Source: Lama glama (lineage: Eukaryota). From it: a DNA stretch of 64,000 nt. A model generated the notes under the pieces. It did not search any database and had not been told where the DNA came from. It worked only from the letters and a program-made list of their open reading frames with translations. How positions within the stretch are numbered: the stretch's first letter is position 1; every line of letters begins with the position of its first letter. Positions 25,328 to 36,598 of the stretch are shown here, piece after piece. The stretch covers positions 66,404,001 through 66,468,000 of the forward strand of contig CM052817.1 in assembly GCA_028534125.1 (NCBI GenBank), in the 5' to 3' direction. Both the position numbers and the translations under genes were made by a program.

Positions 25328-26251
25328 CTTTTCAAAAAAAAACAAAAAAACAAAAGAAGACAACAACACAAAATAAGAAACTTCTACTCTTTCAAATATT
25401 CCAAACAGAAAATGAAAAGCAAGCGTTAAAAGAGTTTCTAATCTGATAGGAAAATAAGAAAAACTGAAAAGTAGTCTCAGACTTAAAGTACTAGCTGGAT
25501 GAAAACTCAAAGGCCAGCACATGAAGCTTCAGCCTTCAAGTCTGGAACGCGAGGGCACTTTAGCTGCCAGAAAAAATTGTGATGATTTCTATAGATACAG
25601 GTGTAGACTTTGGAGAAAATTACCCAGTATTCCATCATCCTTTTGATTAAACTGAGTTCTACTTATTTTCATAAATAATAATAATAAATTTAAAAATATA
25701 AATAATAAAAAAGTAATAGCTAACATGTATAGTTACTTGAAACAGGTACTCATGCTAATTGATTTAAATGCATGGTTGCCTTATCTCATTTTATTCCTAA
25801 AGTTTTATAAAATACCCACTCTATGGTTATGCCCAGTTTGTGGAAGAGAAATGGAACTTTCAAGAGGTTCTATACGTGTTTAAGAAAACACATTTATAAA
25901 AGTAGTAGAAATGTCATTCAAGACTGGGAAGGCTGAGCCCAAAGCAACTGTCCCTAAATGACAGCTCATTGCTACCACTCCTTATGGCAAATGATCAGGC
26001 TAGCTCACTTGAGAGGAGAGGCTGTAATAGAGAATGAGTCCTGGCATTAGGGAAAACAGATGTAAAATTTTAACTTCCAAAGGGTAAAGCCATATTGTAT
26101 ATATCAAAAATTTAATATGGGAACAAACACAATAAACACACATTAATTGTTTTGGGAAATTGTGTTCAGCATTGCTTTGGGTTTTCCTTTTTAATGTTCT
26201 CAACCCAGTGTTTCCTATAAATTGTCATTGATTAAAAGTTTTAACCGATAC

Positions 26252-26538
26252 TTCTAGATGAAGTCCTGTCTCCAAAAGTATATAACGAATTAACTTTATC
26301 AGATTACTAAAATATAATACAGCACTGAATTTTCAAGTTGACATATATGCAAATGAAGCACACTGTATTTCAGGTCTATTTCAGTTGTCTTTGTTCTGGC
26401 TCTATAATCTTCCATTATCCATAATTTTATGGTATATTATGATAGTTCATAACACGAAGGGTCCCAAAGTATCAACTTAGTGAGTGATCCTCTTTGTCAC
26501 TAATGAAGATTTAATGTAGTTATATGCTTTCCTCCAGA
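26252..26538 (-). pseudogene. Pseudo-exon: complete FN3-like repeat (clearest copy)
   Basis: Acceptor cttttcattatcag|. A single frame gives KLILWDPSCYELS*YTIKLWIMEDYRARTKTTEIDLKYSVLHLHICQLENSVLYYILVI*, with the FN3 signature W (strand B), Y (C), L (E-F) and Y (F). Confidence 0.65.
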
Positions 26539-26858
26539 CTGATAATGAAAAGTAGAATAATAACTATTGAGAATAAACTCTTAATAAATAAGCCACTTGG
26601 TAACTTTCTGTGCAAGTTGAATTTTAAATTTTTTTTTGCAGTGCTTAACAAATAATTAGATTTTTTAGATACATCAAAACCTTGATTGCCAAGAAGGATT
26701 ATTGGACAAACTTAGATATTATTCACTTTGTAAAGAAGATCCTATCTGTTTTTTAATTACAAAAAAAAATTTCAGTAAACTTCTCAATTCAGATGTAATG
26801 AAGTACTTCATTTAAAAAACCTTTTAATTTAAAAAATGGTGTATTTCATAAAAATTAC

Positions 26859-27016
26859 TTTTCCCTCAACTTTTGCTGCTTCTAATTATGCTGAAAAGGA
26901 AATTTTCTATTCCCCATGCCAGATTTGTCTTTTAAGGTTCAGTCAGATAACATTTTCAGGTAGCTTTGATAGCAAATAAGATGTATAAAAAACTGATAAT
27001 CAAGGTGTCAGCAAAC
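26859..27016 (-). pseudogene. Pseudo-exon: first half of FN3-like repeat
   Basis: Acceptor atatttccctag|GT and donor |gtaatt. Reads GLLTP*LSVFYTS / FAIKAT*(W)KCYLTEP...IENFLFSIIRSSKS*(W). Confidence 0.45.
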
Positions 27017-27699
27017 CTAGGGAAATATAATCTGTATAACTTTAATCATTTGAAAACTGTTAGATTTCTGGATTGTTAAAAATCCAAGATTCAACTTCCT
27101 CTCTCTTCTTTGCTGGTCTCTGTCCAGGAACAGATATATGAGGGGAAACCCAAATACATTCTTTTTTTTTTTTTCAAAATTTTATTTTTCTTATGTTTCA
27201 TTGTCTTTTCCAGCCATGTGTCACCACTTATGTGTCTTTTTCTGTAAACTCTGGGTGACTTAACTCCTCAGAGAAAGTACATTAGCTTCGCTAAGTTCTT
27301 ATCATTGTGGATTTTTTGTCTACCCAGACTTGGTGCTTTCGTTCTGATTCCTGGTGGCCTCAGCCTGGATTTAGTCTTCTTTTTGAGTCCTACTTCCTGT
27401 CTGTCTGTCTACAGCTTGACTTCCTCTTTGCTGCCCCCTCACCTGTTGGGTCCTCATAGTTACTGACTATATGGATGCTTCTGTGCATCCATGTTGCATC
27501 TGTGTTTGCCCAGATTCTGGACCTTTGCTTCTGTTTGGGCCATTAAGCTTTTGGCTCTTTTCTGATGGTTTCCTTTCTGGGATGCTCCCCTTGCCATTAC
27601 TCATGGACTCACTGCCTGTCTCTTTGCTTTTACAAATTACATTTCTAGGAGAAATCCTAGAAAAAGCTTAATGGGAAAAGGAATGTTGAAAGTAAAAGT

Positions 27700-27850
27700 T
27701 ATCACAGATAAAGCAACTGTTTAGTTTTGATCCGTAAAGCTGTTTGTGACTTTGGATGAAAATGATGCCAGTTGAAATTGTAGTCATTTCCACCCCAGCT
27801 GGAAGCACCAGATTCCTGAAAATATCCCATGCTAGCAAAACACGCAGTTA
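27700..27850 (-). pseudogene. Possible pseudo-exon: second half of FN3-like repeat
   Basis: Mixed frames give IFRNL..PAGVE / QFQLASFSSK, like 'F.NL.PG.EYQF.L.A'. The acceptor appears mutated (cctaa). Confidence 0.3.
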
Positions 27851-28199
27851 GGAAATATAAGAATTTATGGAGAAAAATCAACAGTATGGGATTAGGCATC
27901 ATACTTGAAAGCTTTTAGAGTATTAAAATAAGAATATTCATGAAAAGATAACATGCTAAATCAAATAATGTTGGTGACTTTTATATGTACATAAAATATA
28001 TATAATTTTTATATATATTATATATATATATATATCAGATGGCAAAAGTGCAAAATTAATTTCCATTTATCATCTGTTGTTTTCTAGAAAATGTAAAGGT
28101 CTATTCTCCTGAAGTCTACATATACTTTTCATAAAATTTTTCTATTCATAAGTTTTTTTCTAAGATATTAGAAGATTCTTTTTTTTTCCCTATGTCTTT

Positions 28200-28368
28200 T
28201 TTCCAAATATTCAGTGCTTGTACCAGCTCTGATCTTCAAGAGTGGGCACTTAAAGTGCCTTTATCAATAGTATTAAGCCAATTTTACTATTTCTTATTAT
28301 GAATTTATCCTCCAATTCAACAGTACAGTTCCCACCTTAATTCTGTGATAATAGCCTCAAATAATATC
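28200..28368 (-). pseudogene. Pseudo-exon: first half of FN3-like repeat
   Basis: Acceptor ccatctactag|G. Reads HRIKVGTVLLNWRINS, like the FN3 B-strand 'V...SV.LSW'. The 3' boundary is uncertain. Confidence 0.4.
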
Positions 28369-30093
28369 CTAGTAGATGGACTGACTTTCTACCTTTTTCC
28401 CCTTCTGTATGATTCAGGACTGTAATAACCTGCTTCTAGACTATTATTTTCAAGATGTGGTCTTATCTTGCTTTCTCCAGATACTCCCTGAGCCTCCTCT
28501 CTGCTGTCATGTGTCCCATTTGACACTGCTTCCATGACTGCTGAGATAGTCACACATCATCTCCACCAAGACTCCATGACCTCCTTCCTTCCTCATTACT
28601 ATCTCTTTCTCTGTTGCAACTCCTTTCCCAACAATAGCTGAAGGGCACACCAGTGTCTTCAGATCACCCTGGATTCAGCCTGCAGCCATGAGAGAACACA
28701 GGCTCCACCCAGCGGGGAAATAAGATGAAAAATTAGTCACCATCTCAGTTTTCCAACATGCACAAAATTCTCAGACAGAAGCTGAGTCTGGCTTTCACCA
28801 TATTTCAGTGATGTGGAAGTGGGGATGAAAAAGAGGATGAATTCAGCTTTTATTTAGGAGGTTTATTTGACAGAACTTGGTGATTGTTCAGTGAGGGAAA
28901 GGGAGAAGTTGAAGATGACTCAGGGTTCTGGTTTGGGGAACTGGGCGGATACTAGCTCACCATTTTTCATCTGGACTGTTGCAATGACTTCCTAATTAGT
29001 CTTGCCCTTGTCTAACCTTATATTTATTATCTTTCTAAATCACATATTTTGTTATGTCTCCTCCCTGCATTGAAATCTTCCATGACTTCATATTAAACTG
29101 CAGGATAAAGTCTAAAATTTTTATAATAGCTGAGTTCCCCACAATCCAATATTCAGCTCAGTGTCCTGTCACACATGCATCATCCTACTCTGATCAGTCA
29201 TCTCCTAAGTGTACACTTTCACATCTCTCTGCCTTTGAACATGGCATTGTGTCTGTCTGGAATGTTCTTACCACTATCACTGCCTAAAAGTCCTGATCAT
29301 CTTTCAAGGTCAAATTGAAGTACCACCTGCTTCATAGAAGTGGAGTCTTCTCTGTGATCTAGTATCAACAATGTGTAGAACTGCATTATCTGTCTTTTGA
29401 TACTGCATCACAATTATTTCCTTACATATTTCCACCATTAAAATGCAGTGTAATTCATGTGAGACATTTCTAATCTTATTCTAAGATGGAGATTATGGAC
29501 AGCTTTTACTGATTATTTTATGGGTTCAAAATTCTCAAAAATTAAGTAATATATAATTTTATGTGCTTAATGTAACAATAAACATTTATAGAATCATTTA
29601 TTGTCACGTATATTTTGGATGTTGCTGTTTGCTAAAGGACATAAGAATAGAGGCACTGATGGTGGGGGGTTGGGTATTCTCTGGACATTTCAAAGAGAAG
29701 CCACCATGCTGGAGGAGCACCTATTCTGTCTTGTGTGGCTGGATTCTGAGAAGTAATAGGGTTAATTTGCACTTGCACAGTGTGAAGTAAAGGTGAGTTG
29801 AAGCAAAAATTCATGTCCAAGAAAGACAGGTAAATTGTTAAGAAGAAAAATGAAAGTCAGAGTTTGCAAATGAGATGAGAGAATTAGAGGAAGTGGCTTT
29901 AAATGTGTAAAAACATGAGTTTGTGCTAGGAGAGATATCCCTGAAACTTCTGGTAGAGGAAAGCCATTTATAGAATGTCTGTGGCCCCGCTTATGGACGG
30001 AAGGGAGTGGGCTGCTTAACTGGTCCCATAGTTCATAGCAGGTCAAGGGTGACACTTCTCTGGGTCTTTTTGCAGGCAGTAGGCTTCATTTCT

Positions 30094-30284
30094 TTTTTCT
30101 TTCCTTTTTCAGCTTTTTTTTTTTTTTTTGGTGGGGGAAGGAGGTAATTAGGTTTACCTATTTTTTGTTTCTTATTTTTAAATTTTTATTTATTATTTCT
30201 CTTTAATACTGTACTGAGGATTGAACCTGGGAACTCATGCATGCTAAGCATGCCCTGTACCACTGAGCTAGACAGTCCCCTCCC
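30094..30284 (-). mobile_element. tRNA-derived SINE, same family
   Basis: gaggattgaacctgggaac...ccactgagctag. TSD aggcttcatttct at 30081-30093 and 30285-30297. Confidence 0.85.
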
Positions 30285-30329
30285 AGGCTTCATTTCTCAT
30301 GGCTAAAAGTGCTATGACTATGATTTTCA

Positions 30330-30960
30330 GTCAGTTTCACACGTGTATACATAGAAATACAGAGGGAAAGAGGAACAGAGAGATTGACTTAGTACAAGGA
30401 ATTGGCTCATGCAGTTATGGGAGCTGGCAAGTCTGGAATGTGTAGGGCAGACCAGCAGGCTGGAAGCTCTCCAGCAGGAGTCTTGAGACAGAGTTTCTTC
30501 TTCTGGGAAACCTCAGTTTTTGCCTGTGAAACCTGTCACCTAATTGGATGCGGCCCACTCACATCCTTGAGGGTAATTTCCTTTACTTAAAGTCAACTAA
30601 TTGTAGATGTCAACCTCATCTATGGAACACCTTCACAACAACACATGTATTGGTGTTTAATTAAATAAGTGGGTGCCATAGCCTACCTAGTTCACACATA
30701 AAACTATCACAGTTCACCCCTTGTCTATTTGGCGCACATACACATATCCTTAAACCAATAAATCTCCAGTTAAAGAGAATAACAAAGTCATACTCCAGCC
30801 TAACATGATAACTATCCTGCATACAACCCCAAATACACGTTTCCCCCAGAAGAGGATATAAAGTCCTTCGGTGATGTCCCTTCTCAACATCTTAGAACTT
30901 AATACTATGATGTAAAATTTATTATTAAGACATGTTATATGATAAGGGGACAAGGGAGGA
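30330..30960 (-). mobile_element. MLT2-like ERVL LTR plus adjacent internal sequence
   Basis: aaggaattggctcatgcagttatgggagctggcaagtctg...cataaaactatcaca, then gttcaccccttgtc. Confidence 0.75.
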
Positions 30961-31170
30961 AATAAAACAGCCTGATTTTTTTTTCTATCAATACTAGGTA
31001 AGATCTTTGACTCATGTAAATCTGACTTAGCAATCCAATACTTTGTGTGAGCCCAAATATTAATCTTAATCTGTGGCCAGACATGTTATTTCTATTCTTC
31101 ATTAATTAGGTAAACAAGTTAGACATAAGGCTCTACTGTCACGGTTTTCTTTCCAGTGGAGTTTGTATAC

Positions 31171-31649
31171 CTTATATTAAAAAGGAAATTGCAGTCGATT
31201 AAAATGTGCAACAATAAATAGTTAAGTCTGGCTCCAGAATTTAAGCAGAGCCCAGCCTCAGGAGATGTGAAGAATCAGACAGTAACAACTGAGGATATAA
31301 CCGTGGACAAGGTAGATCTGGTGTTGTGAAGTGCTACCAAGAGGTTGAGGATAGAGAGCTCTTCAGAGCTCATACAAAAAAAAGAAAAGGCATGTGAGTC
31401 TTGGAGGCAAATTCAATCTTGTTAGTATCACAACCTGGGCTTCTGAAAGACTGACTGTTATTGGTTATTTATTTTCCTTTGGCAATCCCTTGGAGTTTAT
31501 AGAGCTACTTAAAATATTCCAGAATATTTCAGAGGTGCCGAAGATGAGTTTATTCACACTTAGGAGATGTGTAGGGACTCCAGCTAATGGGACAGCAAAA
31601 CTCACAGTGAGAACACTTTTCAGAAATATAATCAAATTAGGTTACTCAA
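31171..31649 (-). pseudogene. Pseudo-exon: one FN3-like repeat plus first half of the next
   Basis: Acceptor ctcactag| and donor AAG|gtatac. Across frameshifts: LKSVLTVSFAV/ISWSPYTS...LEYFK*LYKLQG...PITVSLSEAQVVILTRL...HFTTPDLPCPRLYPQLLLSDS/HIS*(W)...FIVAHF. Confidence 0.55.
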
Positions 31650-32461
31650 CTAGTGAGCACACAGTAGACACATTTGGTTGAGATTTATTGCAGGAATGTT
31701 ATCAGAAAGAGTGAGTTGAACATTACCAGAAAAAGTGAGTTGTCAGGCCAGTTTTTAAAGAGGTATGGTATTACTATAGGGGAAGGGAATATTCAAAGGC
31801 CTTGAGGCATCATGAATGTGATGAAAATCCACTTCATTGCCTCTAAGACGTAATCCCCACTGTTAAGACACGTTATAGCCTAGATACCATGATGTATTTT
31901 TCAATGTAGATCTGAATTTTATTTTTTAATTAATAATACATGGCAGCAGTGTCTGGGAGCTAATCTATTATTTACATTATCTCTTTCCAAGAGTCATTCA
32001 TGCATTATATACAGACAAAAAATTCCTTTTATTTTATCTGAAGTTAGTTTCCAATGGAAAATATATTTCAATGGAAAATATGTTATGTACCCTGCAAGGG
32101 AAAATGGGTATGCTGAAATTCACAATTCTCCTTGATAAATGCACGCCCTGCAGATGGTTGACAGCAATTAAATGGCCAAGACTGAACTTTCACAAAGGCT
32201 TTTATTTAATGTTAAATATTTTTATTTAAAGATAAGAGGCTGTTCCATGTGTCAGTTGAGAGTGAGAAACAATTAAATTGAGGAAGAATGAAAACCGATT
32301 TTTTAAAAATTTATAACCCTAATTTATTTGTGTACTTTTCCAGTGAAAATTAATATGATTACCCAAAGACTGAGCACTTGTAAAAAATGTTTTAACAAGA
32401 CATTCTATAAAAGCCCAATTCCAATTGTGTTTACTAGCACTTAAAATGTGAAATACCTCAC

Positions 32462-32651
32462 CCAATTTTGTCAATGCACAAAGAAAGCATCTGCCAGGCT
32501 CTTCAATAACTTATAACTTTCTTTTGAACACCCATGTAGCACTATTATTAACTTTTTTTCTTATCAAATCTTGTCAGTAACAATAGAAGTTAAATTAAAT
32601 TTGGAACAAACATAAAGCTGAAAACTGCAGTAAAACAGTGGGGAAAGTATG
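32462..32651 (-). pseudogene. Pseudo-exon: C-terminal half of a TIR-like domain
   Basis: Acceptor ttcttcttgctctctcag|C and donor TGG|gtgagg. One frame gives ILSPLF...KKLIIVLHGCSKESYKLLKSLADAFFVH*QNW; a shifted frame gives SALCLFQI. Compare TLR TIR 'VLS.NF..S.WC..EL...IILILL.....F.KL.K......YLEW'. Confidence 0.5.
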
Positions 32652-32889
32652 CTGAGAGAGCAAGAAGAACTTAACAGGTACTGATCTTTGTGTGTCTGAA
32701 ACTACCACATTCATTCAACATTTATTGAGCCCTACTATGGGCAAGTTACTATTCCAGGTACTCAGGATACATCCTTGTACAAAACAACATCGACCTCTGT
32801 CAGAACTTTCATTCTATTTCCATAGAGTTGAAATTTTTAAGAACAAGAAAAACAAGAAGAAATTCAAGAAACCTTTAGTCCTAATATGC

Positions 32890-33227
32890 ATAGTAGGACA
32901 ATGTTGAGTGTTTTTTGTAATCTTTGTAATTACTTTTTGAAAGCTTCCTGAATCGAGGCTTTTTAGAAAGTGTTATATAGTAAACATTTTGCATTTCCCT
33001 ATGAAATTAAGAGGGAGCCTTATTTTGATTGAGACATTTCCAATGAGTAAGCTCTTCTTTTAACATTGTCTCTACAACACCAAATGTCAAATCCAAAATG
33101 GAAGCATTCAACCAGTTATTCAGACATTTCTTAGATTAAAATTAAATACAAGAGCAATAGTTTCCTTAATTATTTTAAGTCATAGTGGAACAGTTGGTAA
33201 ATGACTATTTGGGTTGTTGAAGAAGCC
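32890..33227 (-). pseudogene. Pseudo-exon: candidate start (ATG 33127-33125) and N-terminal half of a TIR-like domain
   Basis: Acceptor ttctttaacgtcatttag|G. Reads MSE*LVECFHFGFDIW...AKCLLYNTF*KASIQEAF...KTLNIVLLC, loosely like TIR 'LC...DF..G..I...I..S.K.I.V'. The donor is degenerate. Confidence 0.35.
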
Positions 33228-34434
33228 CTAAATGACGTTAAAGAAAATAAAGATTGCTTTGCACAAGTGTATTTCCTTTTTTATTTATTTTCCCATGTGA
33301 TCAGAGAATGAGTCAGCCCTCTGATGTTTCACAGGGAAAGAAATGTCTTTTTTAAAAATACCATTATGTTTAAAATTTGTGCCGTTTCTTTCTTTGAGCA
33401 GATCTTAATCTGTATCTAAATTATTCAATCAAAATAACATTTACCTTTAATTGCTGAAGTAATCTGTGCTCAAATCAGAAAATTTGGAAAACACTGAAAA
33501 GCAGAAAAGAGAAAATTCTCAATGCCTTTCATAAGCACTGTTAGGAGTTTAGCTGTGTGTCCTTGTTTTTCCATCACACTTTTTGTCATATAGTATGTAT
33601 AATTTCATTTATTATGTAGCATGCATAGTTTCAAACTAGCTTGTTTTTCCTCTTTCTTTAGCAGTCGTAAACATCTTCCTACGTCAGTAAATATTCATCT
33701 GTTTGTAGCATTTAGATTTTTTCAGAAGTATAAAAATTCAGTGAAATGTGTAAAAATAGTATAGATACTTTGGTTTATTTTCTTAGGGTAAATTACTGAA
33801 ATTGGGAGTTGTGGATGAATGGTATGCTCAGTGTAAAATAGAGGTTCTGTATGTGTGTGTGTGTGTGTGTGTGTGAGCATGTGTTCACATACATGTGTGT
33901 TTTCCCATGTTTTTTCCCAGAAAACCATCCATTTACCCCCCACTCCGACCCCCCAGGTCTATGACCCTCCATTGTCTTTCCATACCTCCACAATTTATGG
34001 CAAGGTTTTTCCTACTCACTTCATTTAACATTATCCTGCCTTCCCTCTCACAGAGAAAACAGAAACCATTGGGAAAACTCCCTCAGTTTCACTCCCTTAC
34101 CTGCAAAGTTATTTATTTGCCTATTATTCTTACTTTTCCTCCTTGCTCAGAAGCGTTTTCTCTATTCCTTCGGTGAGTGATCTTTCCTTATATTCTGAAT
34201 CCTATCACCATAGTATCAGATCTGAGGCCATGTGCCAACATTTACCAAGGAATTTGCTCATTTTAACTACCTGATTGTATTTCTTGGCAAAAGGATTTTT
34301 TTATAATGTTTTATTGTTATGTAAATATTGATACAATCTCTAATGATATTCCTTGTTTATTCTCGAAATTACTAATTTATGTTCTCTAATTTTTTTTCAT
34401 CCCTTATGCTAAGAATTTATCAATTTTACTGGGT

Positions 34435-35293
34435 TTTTTTTTCAATTGAAGTATAGTCAGTTTACAATGTTGTGTCAGCTTCTAGTGTACAGCATAATGT
34501 TTCAGTCCTACAAACACACACATATATATTCCTTTTCATGTTATTTTTCAGTAAAGGTTACTACAAGAAATTAAATATAGTTCACTGTGCTCTATAGTAT
34601 AAACTTATTGTTTATCTATTTTATATATAGTAGTTAGTATCTGCAAATCTTGAACTCCCAATTTATCTCTTCCCACTCCCTTCACCCTCTGGTAACCGTA
34701 AGTTTGTTTTCTATGTCTCTGAGTCTGTTTCTGTTTTGTAAATAAGTTCATTTGTCTTTTTTTTTTTTTTTAGATTCTACATGTAAGTGATATCATATGG
34801 TATTTTTCTTTCTCTTTCTGGCTTACTTCACTTACTTCTATCCATGATGCTGCAAATGGCATTATTTCATTCTTTTTATGGCTGAGTAGTATTCCATTGT
34901 ATAAATATACCACCACTTCTTTATCCATTCATCTGTCGATGGACATTTAAGTTGTTTCCATGTCTTGGCTATTGTAAATAGCACTGCTATGAACACTGGG
35001 GTGCATGTATCTTTTTGAATTAAAGTTCCCTCTGGATATATGCCCATGAGTGGGATTGCTGGATCATATAGTAAGTCTATTTTCAGTTTTTTAAGGAATC
35101 TCCATACTGTTTTCATAACAGCTGCACCAAACTACATTCTTACAAACAATGTAGGAGGATTTGCTTTTCTCTACAGCCTCTCCAGCACTTATCATTTGTG
35201 GACTTCTTAATAATGGCCATTCTCACTGGTGTGAGGTGATACCTCATTATAGTTTTGATTTGCATTTCTCTGATAATTTGTGATGTTGAGCAC
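34435..35293 (-). mobile_element. Young L1 3' end (ORF2 C-terminus + 3'UTR)
   Basis: ORF 34862..35116 [27 protein letters not shown]...WYIYTMEYYSAIK is the L1 ORF2 C-terminus. Confidence 0.92.
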
Positions 35294-35299
35294 TAGTAT

Positions 35300-36542
35300 T
35301 TTGAAAGAACTAATGTTTGGTTTGGTAAGTTTTCATTTCATAATTTTGGTGTTTGCTTTAATATATTTATGTTCTTATCATTTCCTATTTTCTATATTCT
35401 TTAATTTGCTGTCCTTGGTTCTTGAAATAGATGCTTGAATTACTACATTTCAGCTTTTGTAATTTATAATTTCTAATATATACTTTTAAGACTATAAATT
35501 TTCCCCTAAGCAAATCTAAATTTTTATTTCTCATTTTTTTGCATCCCACCTTTTTAAAATTAATTTTTAAAAATATTCTACTTCCTCTTCTTCCTCTCTG
35601 GTTTACAGTTAATTATGTTACATAGCTTTCACTATTTTACTAGTAAATGCTTTCAACCAGGGGTCAGCAGACTATGACCCATGGCCCAAATTAACACAAA
35701 TCCCTGATTCATCATAATCTATCTTAAATGAGTATTACCACACCATGACCAAGGTAATAACATTTTAATCCTATTTATCTTCTCTTGTTTTTTGACTGAA
35801 AATGTCTTTTTTTTTGCCTTTATTTTGAATGATATTTTTACTGATTATATTTTTCTGAATTGACAAAAATGCATCTACAAGATGATATTTCATTACCATC
35901 AGGCTTCCATATTTTCTGTTATATAATCAGTTGTTGAACTATAGCTGTTCTTTTGGAAGTGATATGTTCCCCCCCCCCCACCACAACCCCAGCTTCTTTT
36001 CTGTTTTGTTTCAAGCAGTTTTCCTATGATGTAACTCTGAGTAATTTTCTCTTTGTTATTCATGATTGGCTTTACAGAAGTTGTTGAATTTGTGGTTGAT
36101 ATCTTTTGTTTGTTTTGGAAATTCTCAATCATCATTATCACCTCAAATATTACATCTTTGATTTCATTTTTCTCATTTCTTGGGACTCTAATGACTTTTA
36201 GGAGGTTTTATCACTGTGTCCTCTCCACCTGTTTTTTTTCCTGTGTGTGTTTCAATTTTCTGTCAACCTATCTATTTCCCATTTTCTGAAACTTTAATCT
36301 GTAGTTAAATCTATTTATTTAATTATTAATTTCAGATAATTTTTCAGTTTTAGGATTTAGTATTTTTGAGCTTTAAGATTTTTAAAAATCTATTTTATAT
36401 AGATTCCATTATTCTGAGAAAAAATTTTATTTACCTTTTTAAACATATTAATTACAGGTACTTTAAAGTTCAAGTCTATAACCTAAGAAGCTAGATTAGC
36501 CATGCATGTTTTCCTATTGCTGTATGTGTTTTTGTGTGTGTG

Positions 36543-36598
<56 letters not shown>

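Larger units (their letters stand above)
4130..33227 (-). pseudogene. Decayed multi-exon unitary pseudogene; inferred product TIR-like + multiple FN3 + ZU5/UPA-like + death-domain-like protein
   Basis: About 20 non-repeat segments on the - strand, most bounded by polypyrimidine-AG and GT sites. They translate, with many stops and frameshifts, into domain-like motifs in a coherent N-to-C order. Recognisable TEs lie between the segments rather than inside them. Confidence 0.65.

Noticed and set aside
29404..29820. Additional pseudo-exons (about 29480-29424 and 29820-29607)
   Set aside because: Positions fit the missing half of an FN3 repeat, but the translations and splice sites are too ambiguous to call.
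34862..35116. 84-aa ORF
   Set aside because: L1 ORF2 C-terminal fragment, not a host gene.
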